The notes: generated by a model from the sequence alone, not told the origin. DNA of 64,000 bases from an uncultured Pseudomonadota bacterium (GCA_963838805.1 CAWISK010000010.1:291335-355334); one strand, 5' to 3'. Counted from the stretch's first letter, positions 32,816-43,855 are shown. Made by a program: numbers and translations.

Positions 32816-33741
32816 GCGCGCGTCTCCCGGGGCCGAGCCGAATGAAGCGAGGCGGACTCGATGCGTTGCGCCAACTGTGCGGGTGTCGCGGGTACCAGGC
32901 CGTCGGCGGCGCCGGGGCCTATCCCGAACTCGGCCAGGGCGAGGCCCGCCTGTGCCGCCGCGAGCACGCTGCCCAGCCGGCGCACCAGATCGAGCCGCGT
33001 CGCCACCAGCAGGCGAATGCCGTGGGACAGGTAGATCTCGGCCATGTCGGCTGCCTCCTGTGCGTCCAGCCCCGCAGGTAGCACCGCCACCATCGCGGCG
33101 CCGGCGGCCTGCGCCAGCGCCGCCAGTGCCGATTGCTCCGCCGGATCGAATGGGCTGGCCCCTTGCGTGTCGATCAGCACCGGCGCGCCGTCCTGGCGGC
33201 GCCCAAGCGCCCGGGCCAGGGTGTCCGGCTGGTTGGCTGCCAGCAATTCGAGGCCGAGGACGCGCGTGAAGGCGGCCAGTTGCTCGGCCGATCCCGCGCG
33301 GGCGGCATCGGCGGTGACGACGACCGGCGTGACCCCCGCCAGCACCAGGCGGGTGGCCAACCGCGCCACGGTCAGGGTCTTGCCGGCACCTGGAGGCCCC
33401 ACCAGCAGCAGCGGCTGCGCCCCCTGATGCAGCGTCAGCGCGGCGAAGCGAAGGGTGACGGACAGGGCAAAGGGCAGCGGTCCGGCTTGCAGCCTGGACG
33501 CAATTGGTGCCGGGATGCCGTGCCACGCGAGGCAGGTGTCGCGATCATGCGGCGCCTCCGCGACCGGATGGCGCGTGGCGAGCGGTTCTGCCGCGCGGAT
33601 TTCCGGCTCGATGCCAGCCGTGACCTCGACCCCGCCGGCAACCCGGCGGGTGGACAGGATCAGCGCGTCGGCGCCAAGCTCGCCGCGCATCTGCGCCATC
33701 GCCGCCGCCATCGTGGCGGCACGGAACACCCGCAGCCGCAC
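32812..33741 (-). CDS. flhF: flagellar biosynthesis GTPase FlhF (SRP-type)
   Basis: LVGPPGAGKTLTVARLA, VVTADAARAG, LIDTQG. The GTG start abuts the flhA stop codon with no gap. Confidence 0.85.
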   Translation of the reverse strand: MRLRVFRAATMAAAMAQMRGELGADALILSTRRVAGGVEVTAGIEPEIRAAEPLATRHPVAEAPHDRDTCLAWHGIPAPIASRLQAGPLPFALSVTLRFAALTLHQGAQPLLLVGPPGAGKTLTVARLATRLVLAGVTPVVVTADAARAGSAEQLAAFTRVLGLELLAANQPDTLARALGRRQDGAPVLIDTQGASPFDPAEQSALAALAQAAGAAMVAVLPAGLDAQEAADMAEIYLSHGIRLLVATRLDLVRRLGSVLAAAQAGLALAEFGIGPGAADGLVPATPAQLAQRIESASLHSARPRETRA

Positions 33742-35860
33742 CTAGAGCGTGCCCACGGTGCGGATGCGCGCGCGGGCGAAGATCTCGCTTTGCGCCAGCA
33801 CCGGCGTATTCGGGCGCGCCCGATCGACGATGGCGCGCACGTGAAACCGGATCGGCGTGCTGGTCAGCAGCACCGCCTGCTCGCCTGCCGCCGCGGCGGC
33901 GTCGAAGGCGGCCCGCAGCCGGGCCATGAACTCGGTCAGGCGCGAGGGCGCCATCGCCAACTGGCGGTCCTCCGGCGGTCCGACCAGGGCCTCGGCGAAG
34001 GCCGCCTCCCATTCCGTCGACAGCGTCACCAGCGGCAGATAGCCGCCGGCGCCCATGTGACTGTCACTGATCTGTCGGGCGAGGCGCGCCCGCACATGGC
34101 CGGCCAGCGCCGGCACCGACCGCGCGGGCCCGGCGCAGGCCTCCTGCAACCCCTCCAGAATGGTCGGCAGGTCGCGGATCGACACCCGCTCGGCCAGCAG
34201 GGCTTGCAGCACGCGCTGCACGCCGCCCACGGAAATCTGCGACGGGATGAGGTCGGAGACGAGCTTCTGCTGCTCGCGCGGCAGATCGTCGAGCAGCTTC
34301 TGCGTCTCGGCGTAGGACAGCAGCTCGGCCATCGTCTGCTTGACGATCTCGGTCAGGTGCGTGGACAGCACGCTCGGCGGATCGACCACGGTGCAGCCGC
34401 GCAGCGTGGCCTCGTCGCGCTGTGCCGCGTCGATCCACAGGGCGGGCAGGCCAAAGGCAGGTTCGGTCGTGCGCTCGCCCGCGAGCCGGGGCAGTTCGCC
34501 CGACGGATGCATGGCGAGCAGGCGCTGCGGCCGCAATTCGCCCGTGCCGGCCTCGATCTCCTTGATGCGGACCGAGTAGGAGTCGGCGCCGAGCTGCATG
34601 TTGTCCTGGATGCGCACGGGCGGCAGCACGAAGCCCATCTCGGCGGCGATACCGCGGCGCAGGCCCTTGATCTGCTCCGTCAGGCGCGGGCTGTCGCCGC
34701 CGGCCAGGACCAGCAGCCCGTAACCCAGTTCCAGCCGGATCATGTCGATGCGCAGCGCCTCGCCGATCGGCGGCTCCGTGGGCAGAAGTTGCCGCCGCCG
34801 GCGCTGCCTCGCCGCCGGGCTGCGTGGCGGGCAGCGGATGGCGCGCGCGCATCCAGGCGCCGCCGCCGGCCAACCCCGCCAAAGCCAGGAACGGCAGCGC
34901 CGGCAGGCCGGGCATCAGCGCCAGTACCGTCGCGGCCCCCGCCGCCATCGCCAGCGGCTTGGGACCGGAGCCGAGCTGGCGGACCAGGGCGGCGTCGGTC
35001 GATCCCTCCGTGCCGCCCTTGGTCACGACGATGCCGGCGGCGGTGGACACCAGGAGCGCCGGGATCTGGCTGACCAGCCCATCTCCCACGGTGAGCGTGG
35101 TGTAGGTGTGGGCCGCGTCGGCAAAGGCCATGCCGTGGCGGATCAGGCCGATCCCAAGGCCGCCGATGATGTTGATGCTGGTGATGAGCAGTCCCGCCAC
35201 CGCGTCGCCGCGCACGAATTTCGCGGCCCCGTCCATCGCCCCGTAGAAAGCGCTCTCCTCCTCCAGCTCGCGGCGGCGGCGGCGGGCGGATGTCTCGTCG
35301 AGCGTGCCGGTTTGCAGCTCAGCGTCGATGGCCATCTGCTTGCCCGGCATGGCGTCCAGGCTGAACCGGGCCGCGACCTCGGCGATGCGCCCCGAGCCCT
35401 TGGTGATGACCATGAAGTTCACCACCAGCAGGATGGCGAACAGGATCAGCCCGATCACCACGTCGCCGCCCATGAGGAATCCGCCGAACGCTGCCACCAC
35501 ATGCCCGGCCGCGGTCGGCCCGTCCTGCCCGCGGCTCAGGATCAGTCGCGTGGTAGCCACGTTGAGCGACAGGCGCAGCAGCGTGGTCAGCAGCAGCAGC
35601 GTGGGGAAGCTCGTGAAGTCGAGCGGCCGGCGCAGGAAGATCGCCACCATCAGCACCAGCACCGAAGCGGTGATCGACAGCGACAGCCCGCAATCGAGGA
35701 TGAATCCGGGCAGCGGCACGATCAGCACCGACAGCAGCACGATCACGCCCAGCGCCAGGCCGATATCGGTACCGGGCGCGTACGGCGCAGACGCGCGCGC
35801 AGCGGCTGTCGGCACAAGACCCGACAGGAACGGTCCGAACGCTGCGAGGGATGCCGGCAT
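33742..35860 (-). pseudogene. flhA: flagellar export apparatus protein FlhA (frame broken by a 1-nt insertion near 34788-34800)
   Basis: The N-terminal TM domain with [34 protein letters not shown] lies in track ORF 34064..35860. The cytoplasmic domain, from [26 protein letters not shown], lies in ORF 33742..34743. Confidence 0.9.
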
Positions 35861-35868
35861 CAGAATGG

Positions 35869-37236
35869 TCAGACGGCGGCGTACGCTGCCAATGCCTGTG
35901 CCGCGATGCCGGATGGCGGCGGCGGCACCGCTTCACCCTGCGCCGCGTAGTCGCGCAGCTTGTTGCGCAGCGCGCGGATGGAAATGCCGAGGATCGTCGC
36001 CGCATGGGTGCGGTTGCCCAGCGTGTGCGCGAGCGTCTGCAGAATCAGGCTGCGCTCCACCTGATCCAGGGTCTGCCCGACCAGCGCAGGCGAGCCAGCC
36101 GCCGGCGCGCCCGGCCGAGCGGGCGCGCGGTCGTCGCAGCCAAGCTCGATCGCCTCCCCGCCGATGCGATCGCCCTCGGCCAGCAGGACCGCGCGGTGCA
36201 TCGTGTTCTCCAGCTCGCGCACATTGCCGCGCCAGCCATGCGCGAGCAGGCGCGACAATGCCTCCGGCGTCAACGGACGCTGCGCCAGCCCGTTCACCTC
36301 GGCGTAATGGCGCACGAAATGCTCGGCGAGCGCCGCGATATCCCCCGGCCGCTCGCGCAGCGGCGGCACGCGCAAGGTCACGACATTGAGGCGGAAGAAC
36401 AGATCTTCGCGAAAGCGGCCCGAAGCCGCCTCCGCCGCCATGTCGCGATTGCTGGTCGCCAGGATGCGCACATCCACCGGCACCGGCCCGGTTCCGCCCA
36501 GCCGGTCGATCTCGCGTTCCTGCAGCGCGCGCAGCAGCTTGGCTTGCAGGCGCACATCCATCTCGCTGATCTCGTCGAGCAGCAGGGTGCCGCCATTCGC
36601 CGCCTCGAACTTGCCGAGACGGCGCGCGACAGCACCGCTGAACGCGCCCTTCTCGTGACCGAACAACTCGCTTTCCAGCAGATTGTCCGGGATCGCCGCG
36701 CAATTGAGGGCGACGAACGGACCGGCGCCCCGCCGCGAGCGGCGATGGATATGGCGCGCCAGGATTTCCTTGCCGGTGCCGCTCTCGCCGGTGATCAGCA
36801 CCGATGCCTCGGCAGCGGCCACCTGTTCGGCGCGCCGCACCGCCTGCGCCATCCCCGGATCGCGCACCACCAGAACATGCCGTTCGCCGGATGCAGCGTG
36901 CAGGATTGCCGCGATCAGGTCGGGATCGGGCGGCAGCGGCAGGAATTCGCGCGCACCCTCGCGGATCGCGCGCAGAGCGGCGTCGGCATCGGCGCCGATG
37001 CCGACAGCGCAGGCGACCACCGGCACGCTCATGCGCTCGGCCGCCAGCGCACGGACCAGCCCGCCCACGTCATGGGCGATATCGCACAAGACGAGATCGG
37101 CCAACGCGCCGCCCCGCAGGCGCGTCAGCGCCGCCGTCGCGTTGTCTGCCTGATCCAGCCGCGCGCCGCGCGCGATCGCCATGCGTGCGGCAGCACCCAG
37201 TTCGCCCGCGAGCGACCCTACGATCAGAACGCGCAT
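35869..37236 (-). CDS. flbD: sigma-54-dependent transcriptional activator, FlbD-like
   Basis: AAA+ [23 protein letters not shown] (GAFTGA-type loop) and C-terminal Fis HTH. The receiver-like N-terminus lacks the acidic pocket (VLIVGSLAG). Embedded in the flagellar operon. Confidence 0.88.
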   Translation of the reverse strand: MRVLIVGSLAGELGAAARMAIARGARLDQADNATAALTRLRGGALADLVLCDIAHDVGGLVRALAAERMSVPVVACAVGIGADADAALRAIREGAREFLPLPPDPDLIAAILHAASGERHVLVVRDPGMAQAVRRAEQVAAAEASVLITGESGTGKEILARHIHRRSRRGAGPFVALNCAAIPDNLLESELFGHEKGAFSGAVARRLGKFEAANGGTLLLDEISEMDVRLQAKLLRALQEREIDRLGGTGPVPVDVRILATSNRDMAAEAASGRFREDLFFRLNVVTLRVPPLRERPGDIAALAEHFVRHYAEVNGLAQRPLTPEALSRLLAHGWRGNVRELENTMHRAVLLAEGDRIGGEAIELGCDDRAPARPGAPAAGSPALVGQTLDQVERSLILQTLAHTLGNRTHAATILGISIRALRNKLRDYAAQGEAVPPPPSGIAAQALAAYAAV

Positions 37237-37258
37237 GAGCCGGTCCTCGCCCGATTCC

Positions 37259-37615
37259 TCACGTCGTCCGCTCGGCCTTGACGATCTCCGTCATGGTGAC
37301 ACCCAGGCGATTGTCATCGACCATCACCACCTCGCCGCGCGCGACCAGGCGGTTGTTCACGTAGATGTCGATCGCCTCGCCGAGCTTGCGATCCAGCTCG
37401 ACCACGGCGCCGCGCCCGAGCTTGAGCAACTGGCTGACCTGCATGGTCGCCTTGCCGAGCACCGCGCTGACCGTCACCGGGATGTCATAGACGGCCTCCA
37501 GCTCCCGCGCGCCCACCCGCGGACCGGCATCGTCGCCTGGCCGCGGCGATGCGGTCCCGAACGGATTCGGCTCGGGTGGCGCTTCAAGCTCATTGAGTTC
37601 CATCTCAGCCGCCAT
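37259..37615 (-). CDS. fliN: flagellar motor switch protein FliN
   Basis: SpoA domain VSAVLGKATMQVSQLLKLGRGAVVELDRKLGEAIDIYVNNRLVARGEVV. Confidence 0.92.
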   Translation of the reverse strand: MAAEMELNELEAPPEPNPFGTASPRPGDDAGPRVGARELEAVYDIPVTVSAVLGKATMQVSQLLKLGRGAVVELDRKLGEAIDIYVNNRLVARGEVVMVDDNRLGVTMTEIVKAERTT

Positions 37616-37621
37616 CGCCGG

Positions 37622-38308
37622 TCAGGCCGCCCGCGCGAGCGGTAGCGCGCCCGCGTCCAGGAGGTCGAGCGGAGACAGAATGGCCGCCACATCCGCCCAC
37701 AGCGCTGCCGTGTCGCGCACCGCGGCACCGTCGTCCCACTCGATCCTGACATCCCCGGGCAGCATTGCGGGAGCCTCCACGAAGCGCATCCGCGCGCAGA
37801 GTTCGGGGTCGAGATCGCGAAGCGCCTCGGTCATGGCCGCGGCGATCGGCGCGCATGTGCGCGGGTGGGCGCGGACGCAGATCGCGGGCTGATGCCGCAA
37901 TCCAGGCCGCAGCGCCAGGGCGATCGCGGCGGCCTCCTCGGCCCCGAACCGGTCGCTCAGCCGCGGCAGCAGGGCGCCAAGGGTGGCCAGCAGCAGGGCC
38001 GCCACGGCCTTCGCATGGCTCTCGGCGGCACGGGCCGCCGTTTCGCCGACCGAGTGCATGAAGGCGGCGATCGTCTCCAGCGCCCGGCCGGTTGCCTCGG
38101 CGCCTTCGGAACGGGCCTGTGCCAGACCTTGCTCATACCCCTCGGCATGCGCGGCCTCACGGGCCCGCGCCAGATCGGCGTCGGTGAGTGCCGGGGCCGG
38201 GGCCACCGGAGCAGGCGCCGGCGGTGCCTCTCCCGGCTCGAAGTCCTCAAGGAACAGGATGCCGGACAATGGCGTGACCGGCTGGTGGCCATGCGTACCT
38301 GCGTGCAT
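37622..38308 (-). CDS. fliH: FliH/FlbE-like flagellar assembly protein
   Basis: Sits between fliG and fli[11 protein letters not shown]-terminal motif and Ala/Glu-rich coiled segment. Start at MHAGTHGHQ (ATG 38306-38308) is uncertain and overlaps the fliG 3' end. Confidence 0.6.
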   Translation of the reverse strand: MHAGTHGHQPVTPLSGILFLEDFEPGEAPPAPAPVAPAPALTDADLARAREAAHAEGYEQGLAQARSEGAEATGRALETIAAFMHSVGETAARAAESHAKAVAALLLATLGALLPRLSDRFGAEEAAAIALALRPGLRHQPAICVRAHPRTCAPIAAAMTEALRDLDPELCARMRFVEAPAMLPGDVRIEWDDGAAVRDTAALWADVAAILSPLDLLDAGALPLARAA

Positions 38309-39329
38309 GTCGGTACACCAGCTCTTCGTCCTGGCGCTCGGCAATCTCGATCTGGCCCTGTGCCGCCAGATCCTTGGCCAGGGACACGATAGCCGCCTGC
38401 GCCTCATCCACATCGCGCAGCCTGACCGGACCCAGCGCCTCGATCTCCTCGCGCAGCATCTTGCCCGCACGCTCCGACAAATTGGCGAAGAACAGGTCGC
38501 GCAGATGCTCCGACGCGCCCTTCAAAGCGAGCGGCAGCCGCTCGCGCTCGACCGTGCGCAGCAGCACCTGCATCGCCGGACCCGACAGCCGTCCCAAATC
38601 GTCGAACGTGAACATCAGCGCCTTGATCCGCTCGGCGGCCTCGCGATTGCGCTCCTCCAGCGCCGCGACGAAGCGCGTTTCGGACTGTCGGTCGAGATTG
38701 TTGAAGATTTCCGCCATCATCTCGTGCGCGTCGCGGCGCGCACTGCGCGCGAGGTTGGACATGAACTCGGCCCGCAAGGTGCGCTCGACGCCATCGATCA
38801 CCTCTTTCTGCACGCTTTCCATGCGCAGCATCCGCATGACGACCTCCATGGCAAAGCTGTCGGGCAGGATCGCCAGCACCCGTGCCGCATGCTCCGCGCG
38901 GATCTTCGACAGCACGACCGCGACGGTCTGCGGATATTCGTTCTTGAGGTAATTCGCGAGCACCGCCTCATGCACGTTGCCGAGCTTGTCCCACATGGTG
39001 CGCCCGGCAGGCCCACGGATTTCCTCCATGATCTGCGAGACGCGCTCACGCGGCATCGCCTTCAGCAGCATGCGTTCCGTGTTCTCGAAGCTGCCGATCA
39101 GATTTCCGCTGCCGCCCACGCTGTCGGCGAACTCGGTGCAGAGCCGCTCGACCTGCTCGGAGCGCACCGGACCGAGCTGTGCCATCGCCTGCGAGATTTC
39201 CTTGATCTCGTCTTCCTGCATCATGCCGAGCAGGCGGCCGGACTGCTCCTCGCCCAAGGCCAGCATCAGCACGGCGGCGCGCTGCGGCCCGTTCAGCGGG
39301 CGGTGTTCGGGCGCGGACGCGGCGGCCAT
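38247..39329 (-). CDS. fliG: flagellar motor switch protein FliG
   Basis: [28 protein letters not shown], torque helix region. 360 aa, including an unusual 20-aa tail after ...DEELVY. Confidence 0.93.
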   Translation of the reverse strand: MAAASAPEHRPLNGPQRAAVLMLALGEEQSGRLLGMMQEDEIKEISQAMAQLGPVRSEQVERLCTEFADSVGGSGNLIGSFENTERMLLKAMPRERVSQIMEEIRGPAGRTMWDKLGNVHEAVLANYLKNEYPQTVAVVLSKIRAEHAARVLAILPDSFAMEVVMRMLRMESVQKEVIDGVERTLRAEFMSNLARSARRDAHEMMAEIFNNLDRQSETRFVAALEERNREAAERIKALMFTFDDLGRLSGPAMQVLLRTVERERLPLALKGASEHLRDLFFANLSERAGKMLREEIEALGPVRLRDVDEAQAAIVSLAKDLAAQGQIEIAERQDEELVYRHARRYAWPPAGHAIVRHPVP

Positions 39330-40996
39330 CAGGCCGCCTCCTGCTGCATCCAGGAGCGCACGATCGAGAGACTCTCTTCCGGGTGGCGGTCGACCAGATC
39401 GGCGACGCGCCGGACCGACGATGCCCGCAATTGTCCCTGCACATTGGCAAGCCCGATCATCACCTCCTCCTCGGTCGCATCGGCGCCCAGTACGGAAGCG
39501 GGTGCCGGGAGCTGCGGATAGGCAACCGGCTGGCTGCCGAGCGCCCGCCCCGAATCGGACGTGGCGGCAAGGACCGGCATCCCGGCCAGTGCCGCTGCCT
39601 CCCCCGGCACGGAACTGAGGCGCAACACCATCGGCCGCAGCACCAGCAGCAGCGCCAGCACGCCCAGCAGCCCGAACAGGCCCGATTGTGCGAGATGCAT
39701 CAGATCGGCGCTGTCGAGCGGCACGCCAAGCAGCCGATGCGCCGCCGCCGCCGCAGGCTCATCATCGGCGGCGAAGTGCATGGTCGCCACCTCGATCGTG
39801 TCGCCGCGCTTGGCGTCGTAACCGATTGCGCTGCGCACGAGGGCGGTGATCTGGCTCAACTCCGCGGGCGAGCGCGGCGTCCAGACGGGCTTGCCGTCGG
39901 GGCCAGAAATCGTCTTGCCGTCGACCATCACCGCAAGGCTGATGCGCCGGATCTCCGGCTGGGCGCGGATGATCGTCCGCACGGTCTTGCCGATCTCGTA
40001 ATTGGTGGTTTCCTCCTGCCGCTGGCTCTGGCTGCCCGGACCGTCCTTCGCACCCGCGTTCGCATTCGGCAGATTGTTCTGCACCGTGACCGTGGCGCCC
40101 GGCTCCGTGCTCTTGCTGCTGTCGGTAACCGTCTGCGTGCTGCGCGCCACCTGCCCGTCCGGATCGAAGCGCTCCTGCGTTTCATGCACCTGGGCAAAAT
40201 CCAGATCGACCGACGCCTCCGCGCGCACGCGCCCCGGCCCGAGGCTGCGCTCCAGCATCTCCTCCACGGCCCGCGACAGACGCAGCTCAGTGCTGTGCTT
40301 GATGTCCTCCAGCCCTTGCGCCGGCCCGCCCGGACTGGTCGGCTCACCGGCGCGCGCCAGGACATCGCCGCGACTGTCGATGATGGCGATGTTCTGCGGC
40401 CGCAATCCCGGCACCGCCGCCGCCACAAGGTTCAGCACGGCCTGCACCCCTTCGGGATCGAGCCGCCGCTCGCCCACCATCGTCAGCATCACCGATGCCT
40501 GGGCTTCCTGCTGCTCGCGCGCGAAGGGTTCGCGTCTCGGCAGCACCAGATGCACGCGCGCGGCACGCACGCCGGAGATGTCGCGGATCGTGCGCACCAG
40601 CTCGCCCTCGAGCGCGCGGGTTTCGTTGATGCGCTGCTCGAAGGAGCTGGCGGTCAGCCCGTCGCCGCGATCGAACAGCTCGTAGCCGATCGAACCGCCG
40701 GACGGCAGGCCCTGGCGCGCCAGCATCAGGCGAGCGCGACCGACATCACCCTGCGGCACCATGATCCGGTCGCCCGAGGGCGAGACCTCGTGCGGAATGT
40801 GCTGGCTCGAGAGCTGCTCGGCAATCTGCGCCGCCTCGCGCATGTCGAGATCGGCATAGAGCAGCGCCATGCTGCTCCCCGTGCCTCCATGCGTCGCCAC
40901 GATCGCCAGCAACGCGATCAGGGACAGCGCCACCGCCGCCATTGCCACGAGCCGGCCGGCGCCGAGCATCTTCATCCCGTCGAGCAGCGCACTCAT
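39329..40996 (-). CDS. fliF: flagellar M-ring protein FliF
   Basis: 555 aa. N-terminal TM, YscJ/FliF core ([27 protein letters not shown]...) and C-terminal TM. The stop shares one base with the fliG ATG. Confidence 0.94.
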   Translation of the reverse strand: MSALLDGMKMLGAGRLVAMAAVALSLIALLAIVATHGGTGSSMALLYADLDMREAAQIAEQLSSQHIPHEVSPSGDRIMVPQGDVGRARLMLARQGLPSGGSIGYELFDRGDGLTASSFEQRINETRALEGELVRTIRDISGVRAARVHLVLPRREPFAREQQEAQASVMLTMVGERRLDPEGVQAVLNLVAAAVPGLRPQNIAIIDSRGDVLARAGEPTSPGGPAQGLEDIKHSTELRLSRAVEEMLERSLGPGRVRAEASVDLDFAQVHETQERFDPDGQVARSTQTVTDSSKSTEPGATVTVQNNLPNANAGAKDGPGSQSQRQEETTNYEIGKTVRTIIRAQPEIRRISLAVMVDGKTISGPDGKPVWTPRSPAELSQITALVRSAIGYDAKRGDTIEVATMHFAADDEPAAAAAHRLLGVPLDSADLMHLAQSGLFGLLGVLALLLVLRPMVLRLSSVPGEAAALAGMPVLAATSDSGRALGSQPVAYPQLPAPASVLGADATEEEVMIGLANVQGQLRASSVRRVADLVDRHPEESLSIVRSWMQQEAA

Positions 40997-41119
40997 GGAT
41001 GAAGCGCCCTCGTGGCCCTGGTCCTCATCACCGCGCTCCCGCCGCCCGCGTCGTGGCTGACAGGCAGGGTGCGGCGCGGGCGCTTTCCCGACAGTTAATG
41101 CCGGGCGCCCCGAACGCGC

Positions 41120-41356
41120 CTAGCTTGCGCGGCGCAAGCGATGCATCACGCGCCAGGACGATTTGCCCACCTGCCGACCGAGCGATGCCGCGAGGCGCGC
41201 GGCGTTCGCTACCCGCTCGCGCGGCTCGGGCGTGACAGGATCGTGAACTTCCGCGTCCTGAAAGACGAGCGTCCAGCGCGGCCGCACGATGAACGCCTGC
41301 TCCTCGCCCGGCATCGCCGCGTGTCGTCGGCCGCCAAAGCGCACTATCTTGTTCAT
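41120..41356 (-). CDS. hypothetical protein (78 aa)
   Basis: AAGGAGA Shine-Dalgarno 7 nt before the ATG. MNKIVRFGGRRHAAMPGEEQAFIVRPRWTLVFQD...; no family recognised. Confidence 0.5.
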   Translation of the reverse strand: MNKIVRFGGRRHAAMPGEEQAFIVRPRWTLVFQDAEVHDPVTPEPRERVANAARLAASLGRQVGKSSWRVMHRLRRAS

Positions 41357-41665
41357 GCCATTCTCTCCTTCTCGCCGACCGGGGCTCGCCGCGGCGAGCG
41401 TCCAGCCATCGTGAACCGGCTTGCAACGCGGACTCTGGTGCTTTAGCTCTCCAAGCGACTAATCCACATTCATCAGATATGGAATACGCCATAGATGACG
41501 GCCCGCGATCAACAGAAATCGTCGATGCCGCGATAACGAGTTTGAGAGACGGCGAGATGCCCTGCCGCGCTCGCGCGCCCCGAGCGGGCGCTGTGGAACG
41601 CCGCTGGCGAAACTGCTACGCAGGGTCGGCTTGCGGCAATGCGCTACCACCCTGGTCAGGAGACC

Positions 41666-42457
41666 ATGATGAACGTTCTATTGCCCATTCATGGCTTGTA
41701 CACCGCGTCCGGTTTCGCGGTCGGTCTTCTGGTCGGCCTGACCGGCGTCGGCGGCGGCTCGCTGATGACACCTTTGCTGGTGCTGCTGTTCGGTTTCCAT
41801 CCGTCAACCGCGGTCGGCACGGATCTGCTGTACGCGGCGGCGACGAAGACCGTTGGCAGTGCCATGCATGGCTTCCGCAACACGATCGACTGGCGCGTGG
41901 TGCGCCGTCTCGCGAGCGGCAGCGTTCCGGGTGCGGTGATCACGTTGCTGATCCTGTACCTGTCAGGCGTGCAATCGCGCGCAACGACGCATGCCATCTC
42001 GTTGATTCTCGGCATTGCCTTGCTTCTCACCGCCGTTTCGCTCTTGTTCCGGCCGCAGATCGTGGCCTTCATCGGCAAGCGCCTGGGCGAGCCGTCGAAG
42101 GGCAAGGTATCCACGCTCACCGTGATCACCGGGCTGGTGCTGGGCGTGCTGGTGTCGCTCACCTCGGTAGGGGCGGGCGCATTGGGCGTCACCGCATTGC
42201 TGCTGCTCTATCCGCGGCTGCCGACAGCGCGCATCGTCGGCTCGGACATCGCCCACGCGGTGCCGCTGACCCTGGTGGCCGGCATCGGCCATTGGCTGCT
42301 GGGCACCGTGGACTGGCCGCTGCTGGGCTCGCTGCTGGTCGGCTCGGTGCCCGGCGTGGTGATCGGCAGCTATCTGGCCGCGCGCACCCCGGATCTCGTG
42401 CTGCGGCCGCTCCTGGCGGTGACACTCATCCTCGCCGGCGGGCGTCTCGTCTGGTGA
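41666..42457 (+). CDS. TSUP family transporter (TauE/SafE sulfite exporter-like)
   Basis: GLLVGLTGVGGGSLMTPLL and a second-half repeat LTSVGAGALGVTALLL. CAGGAG lies before ATG 41666. Confidence 0.85.
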   Translation: MMNVLLPIHGLYTASGFAVGLLVGLTGVGGGSLMTPLLVLLFGFHPSTAVGTDLLYAAATKTVGSAMHGFRNTIDWRVVRRLASGSVPGAVITLLILYLSGVQSRATTHAISLILGIALLLTAVSLLFRPQIVAFIGKRLGEPSKGKVSTLTVITGLVLGVLVSLTSVGAGALGVTALLLLYPRLPTARIVGSDIAHAVPLTLVAGIGHWLLGTVDWPLLGSLLVGSVPGVVIGSYLAARTPDLVLRPLLAVTLILAGGRLVW

Positions 42458-42528
42458 GGCGGCGGCCCGGCTGGCTGCTCCGCATGGAGCGCTCCGGGCG
42501 CCAACGCTCGCAACCCATCCGGCCGGGA

Positions 42529-43041
42529 TCAGGACATCTTGACGGAGCCGGGCGCGGCCCGGCGCCCGGCGCGGCGCGCGGCGACGGTTCTGGGTGCGGC
42601 CCGCGGCGGCGCCCTCGTCGCGGTCCTGGGCGCGGGCATGTCGGCCAGCGAGCAGGTATCGAGCACCGCCGCCACCGCGTCGCGCGCCCGCAGCATGACG
42701 TGGCGCAGCCGGCACGAGTCGATGGTCACGCAATCGGCACAGGCGCGGAACTGGCGGCGGCTGGAGCAGGGTGTCAGCGCCAACTGGCCCTCGACGATGC
42801 GGATGATGTCACCCACCATGATCTCCGAGGCGCTCCTGGCCAGCCGATGTCCGCCGCCGGGACCGCGCCGGCTGGCGACCAGTCCCTGATCGCGCAGTTG
42901 CACCAGGATGGCTTCGAGGAACTTGCGCGGGATGTCGCCCTGCGCGGCCAGGACGGCGGTCTGGGTCCAGCTCTCCTCGGCGTCGCGATCGGCCAGCAGC
43001 AGCGCCGCGCGCACCGCGTATTTTGCCTTGCTGGACATCAT
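42529..43041 (-). CDS. Rrf2 family transcriptional regulator
   Basis: MMSSKAKYAVRAALLLA...IPRKFLEAILVQLRDQGLVASRRGPGGGHRLA wHTH, then a Cys cluster CSSRRQFRACADCVTIDSC. Confidence 0.88.
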   Translation of the reverse strand: MMSSKAKYAVRAALLLADRDAEESWTQTAVLAAQGDIPRKFLEAILVQLRDQGLVASRRGPGGGHRLARSASEIMVGDIIRIVEGQLALTPCSSRRQFRACADCVTIDSCRLRHVMLRARDAVAAVLDTCSLADMPAPRTATRAPPRAAPRTVAARRAGRRAAPGSVKMS

Positions 43042-43242
43042 TGGCGGGCCGCTCGCATCACCACTCCGGGTCGCATCCCATAGCGGGAAAACCATTTGAC
43101 TTCAAAGGCCGGGCGTCGCAGCCTTGCGGAAGCGAAATGCTGGCCGCGGCAGGAGAGAACATATCTCTTGAGCGGGCAGTCCATCCGCGGCCGGCTCCGC
43201 TGAACCCGAGCCGTCCGCATCCGCAGCGCGAGAGAGGGCACC

Positions 43243-43809
43243 ATGTCATCAAGCCTGGCCGGCGGCAGCGCCGTCGGACCGAACATCTCGACGAGATGGG
43301 GGTGGTTCGTCGTTCTCGGCATCGTGCTGATCATCCTTGGCGTGATCGCCTGGCTCGATGTCGTCGCGGTGACGCTCGCCAGCACGATCATCATCGGCGC
43401 CATGCTGCTCGTGGGCGGCGCGTTCCAGATCATCCATGCGTTCATGAGCAAGGGGTGGCGCGGCTTCGTCTTCGGTCTGCTCAGCGGCGTGCTCTACGTC
43501 ATCGCCGGCCTGATGATCATGAACGAGCCCGTGGGCGGCGCGATCCTGCTGACCATCCTGATCGCAGCGGCGCTCTTTGTCGGCGGGATCGTGCGCATCG
43601 TGCTCGCGTTCCGGCACCGGGACATGCGGGCCTGGGGCCTGCTGCTGCTGAGCGGCATCATCGGTGTGGTCGTAGGCATCGTGCTCTACGCCAGCATGCC
43701 CTGGTCCGGGCTGTGGGTTCTCGGCACCCTGATCGCCGTGGAACTGATCGTGCAGGGGTTCAGCTGGCTGTATTTCGGGTTCGCCCTGCGGAGCGTCCAG
43801 CACGCCTGA
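43243..43809 (+). CDS. HdeD (DUF308) family membrane protein
   Basis: Six predicted TM helices with repeated GxxxIxxG pattern (WFVVLGIVLIILGVIAW..., ILLTILIAAALFVGGIVRIVLAF). Confidence 0.8.
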   Translation: MSSSLAGGSAVGPNISTRWGWFVVLGIVLIILGVIAWLDVVAVTLASTIIIGAMLLVGGAFQIIHAFMSKGWRGFVFGLLSGVLYVIAGLMIMNEPVGGAILLTILIAAALFVGGIVRIVLAFRHRDMRAWGLLLLSGIIGVVVGIVLYASMPWSGLWVLGTLIAVELIVQGFSWLYFGFALRSVQHA

Positions 43810-43855
43810 ACCGGTTCCGGCGCCTGGACACGCGTCCGACGCCGGCACGTACAGC

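Noticed and set aside
40997-41119. A sigma-54 (-24/-12) promoter or a CtrA box upstream of fliF.
   Set aside because: Only a lone TTAAC half-site (cattaactg) and a GGCAT...TCGG with the wrong spacing are present. There is no TGGCAC-N5-TTGC match.
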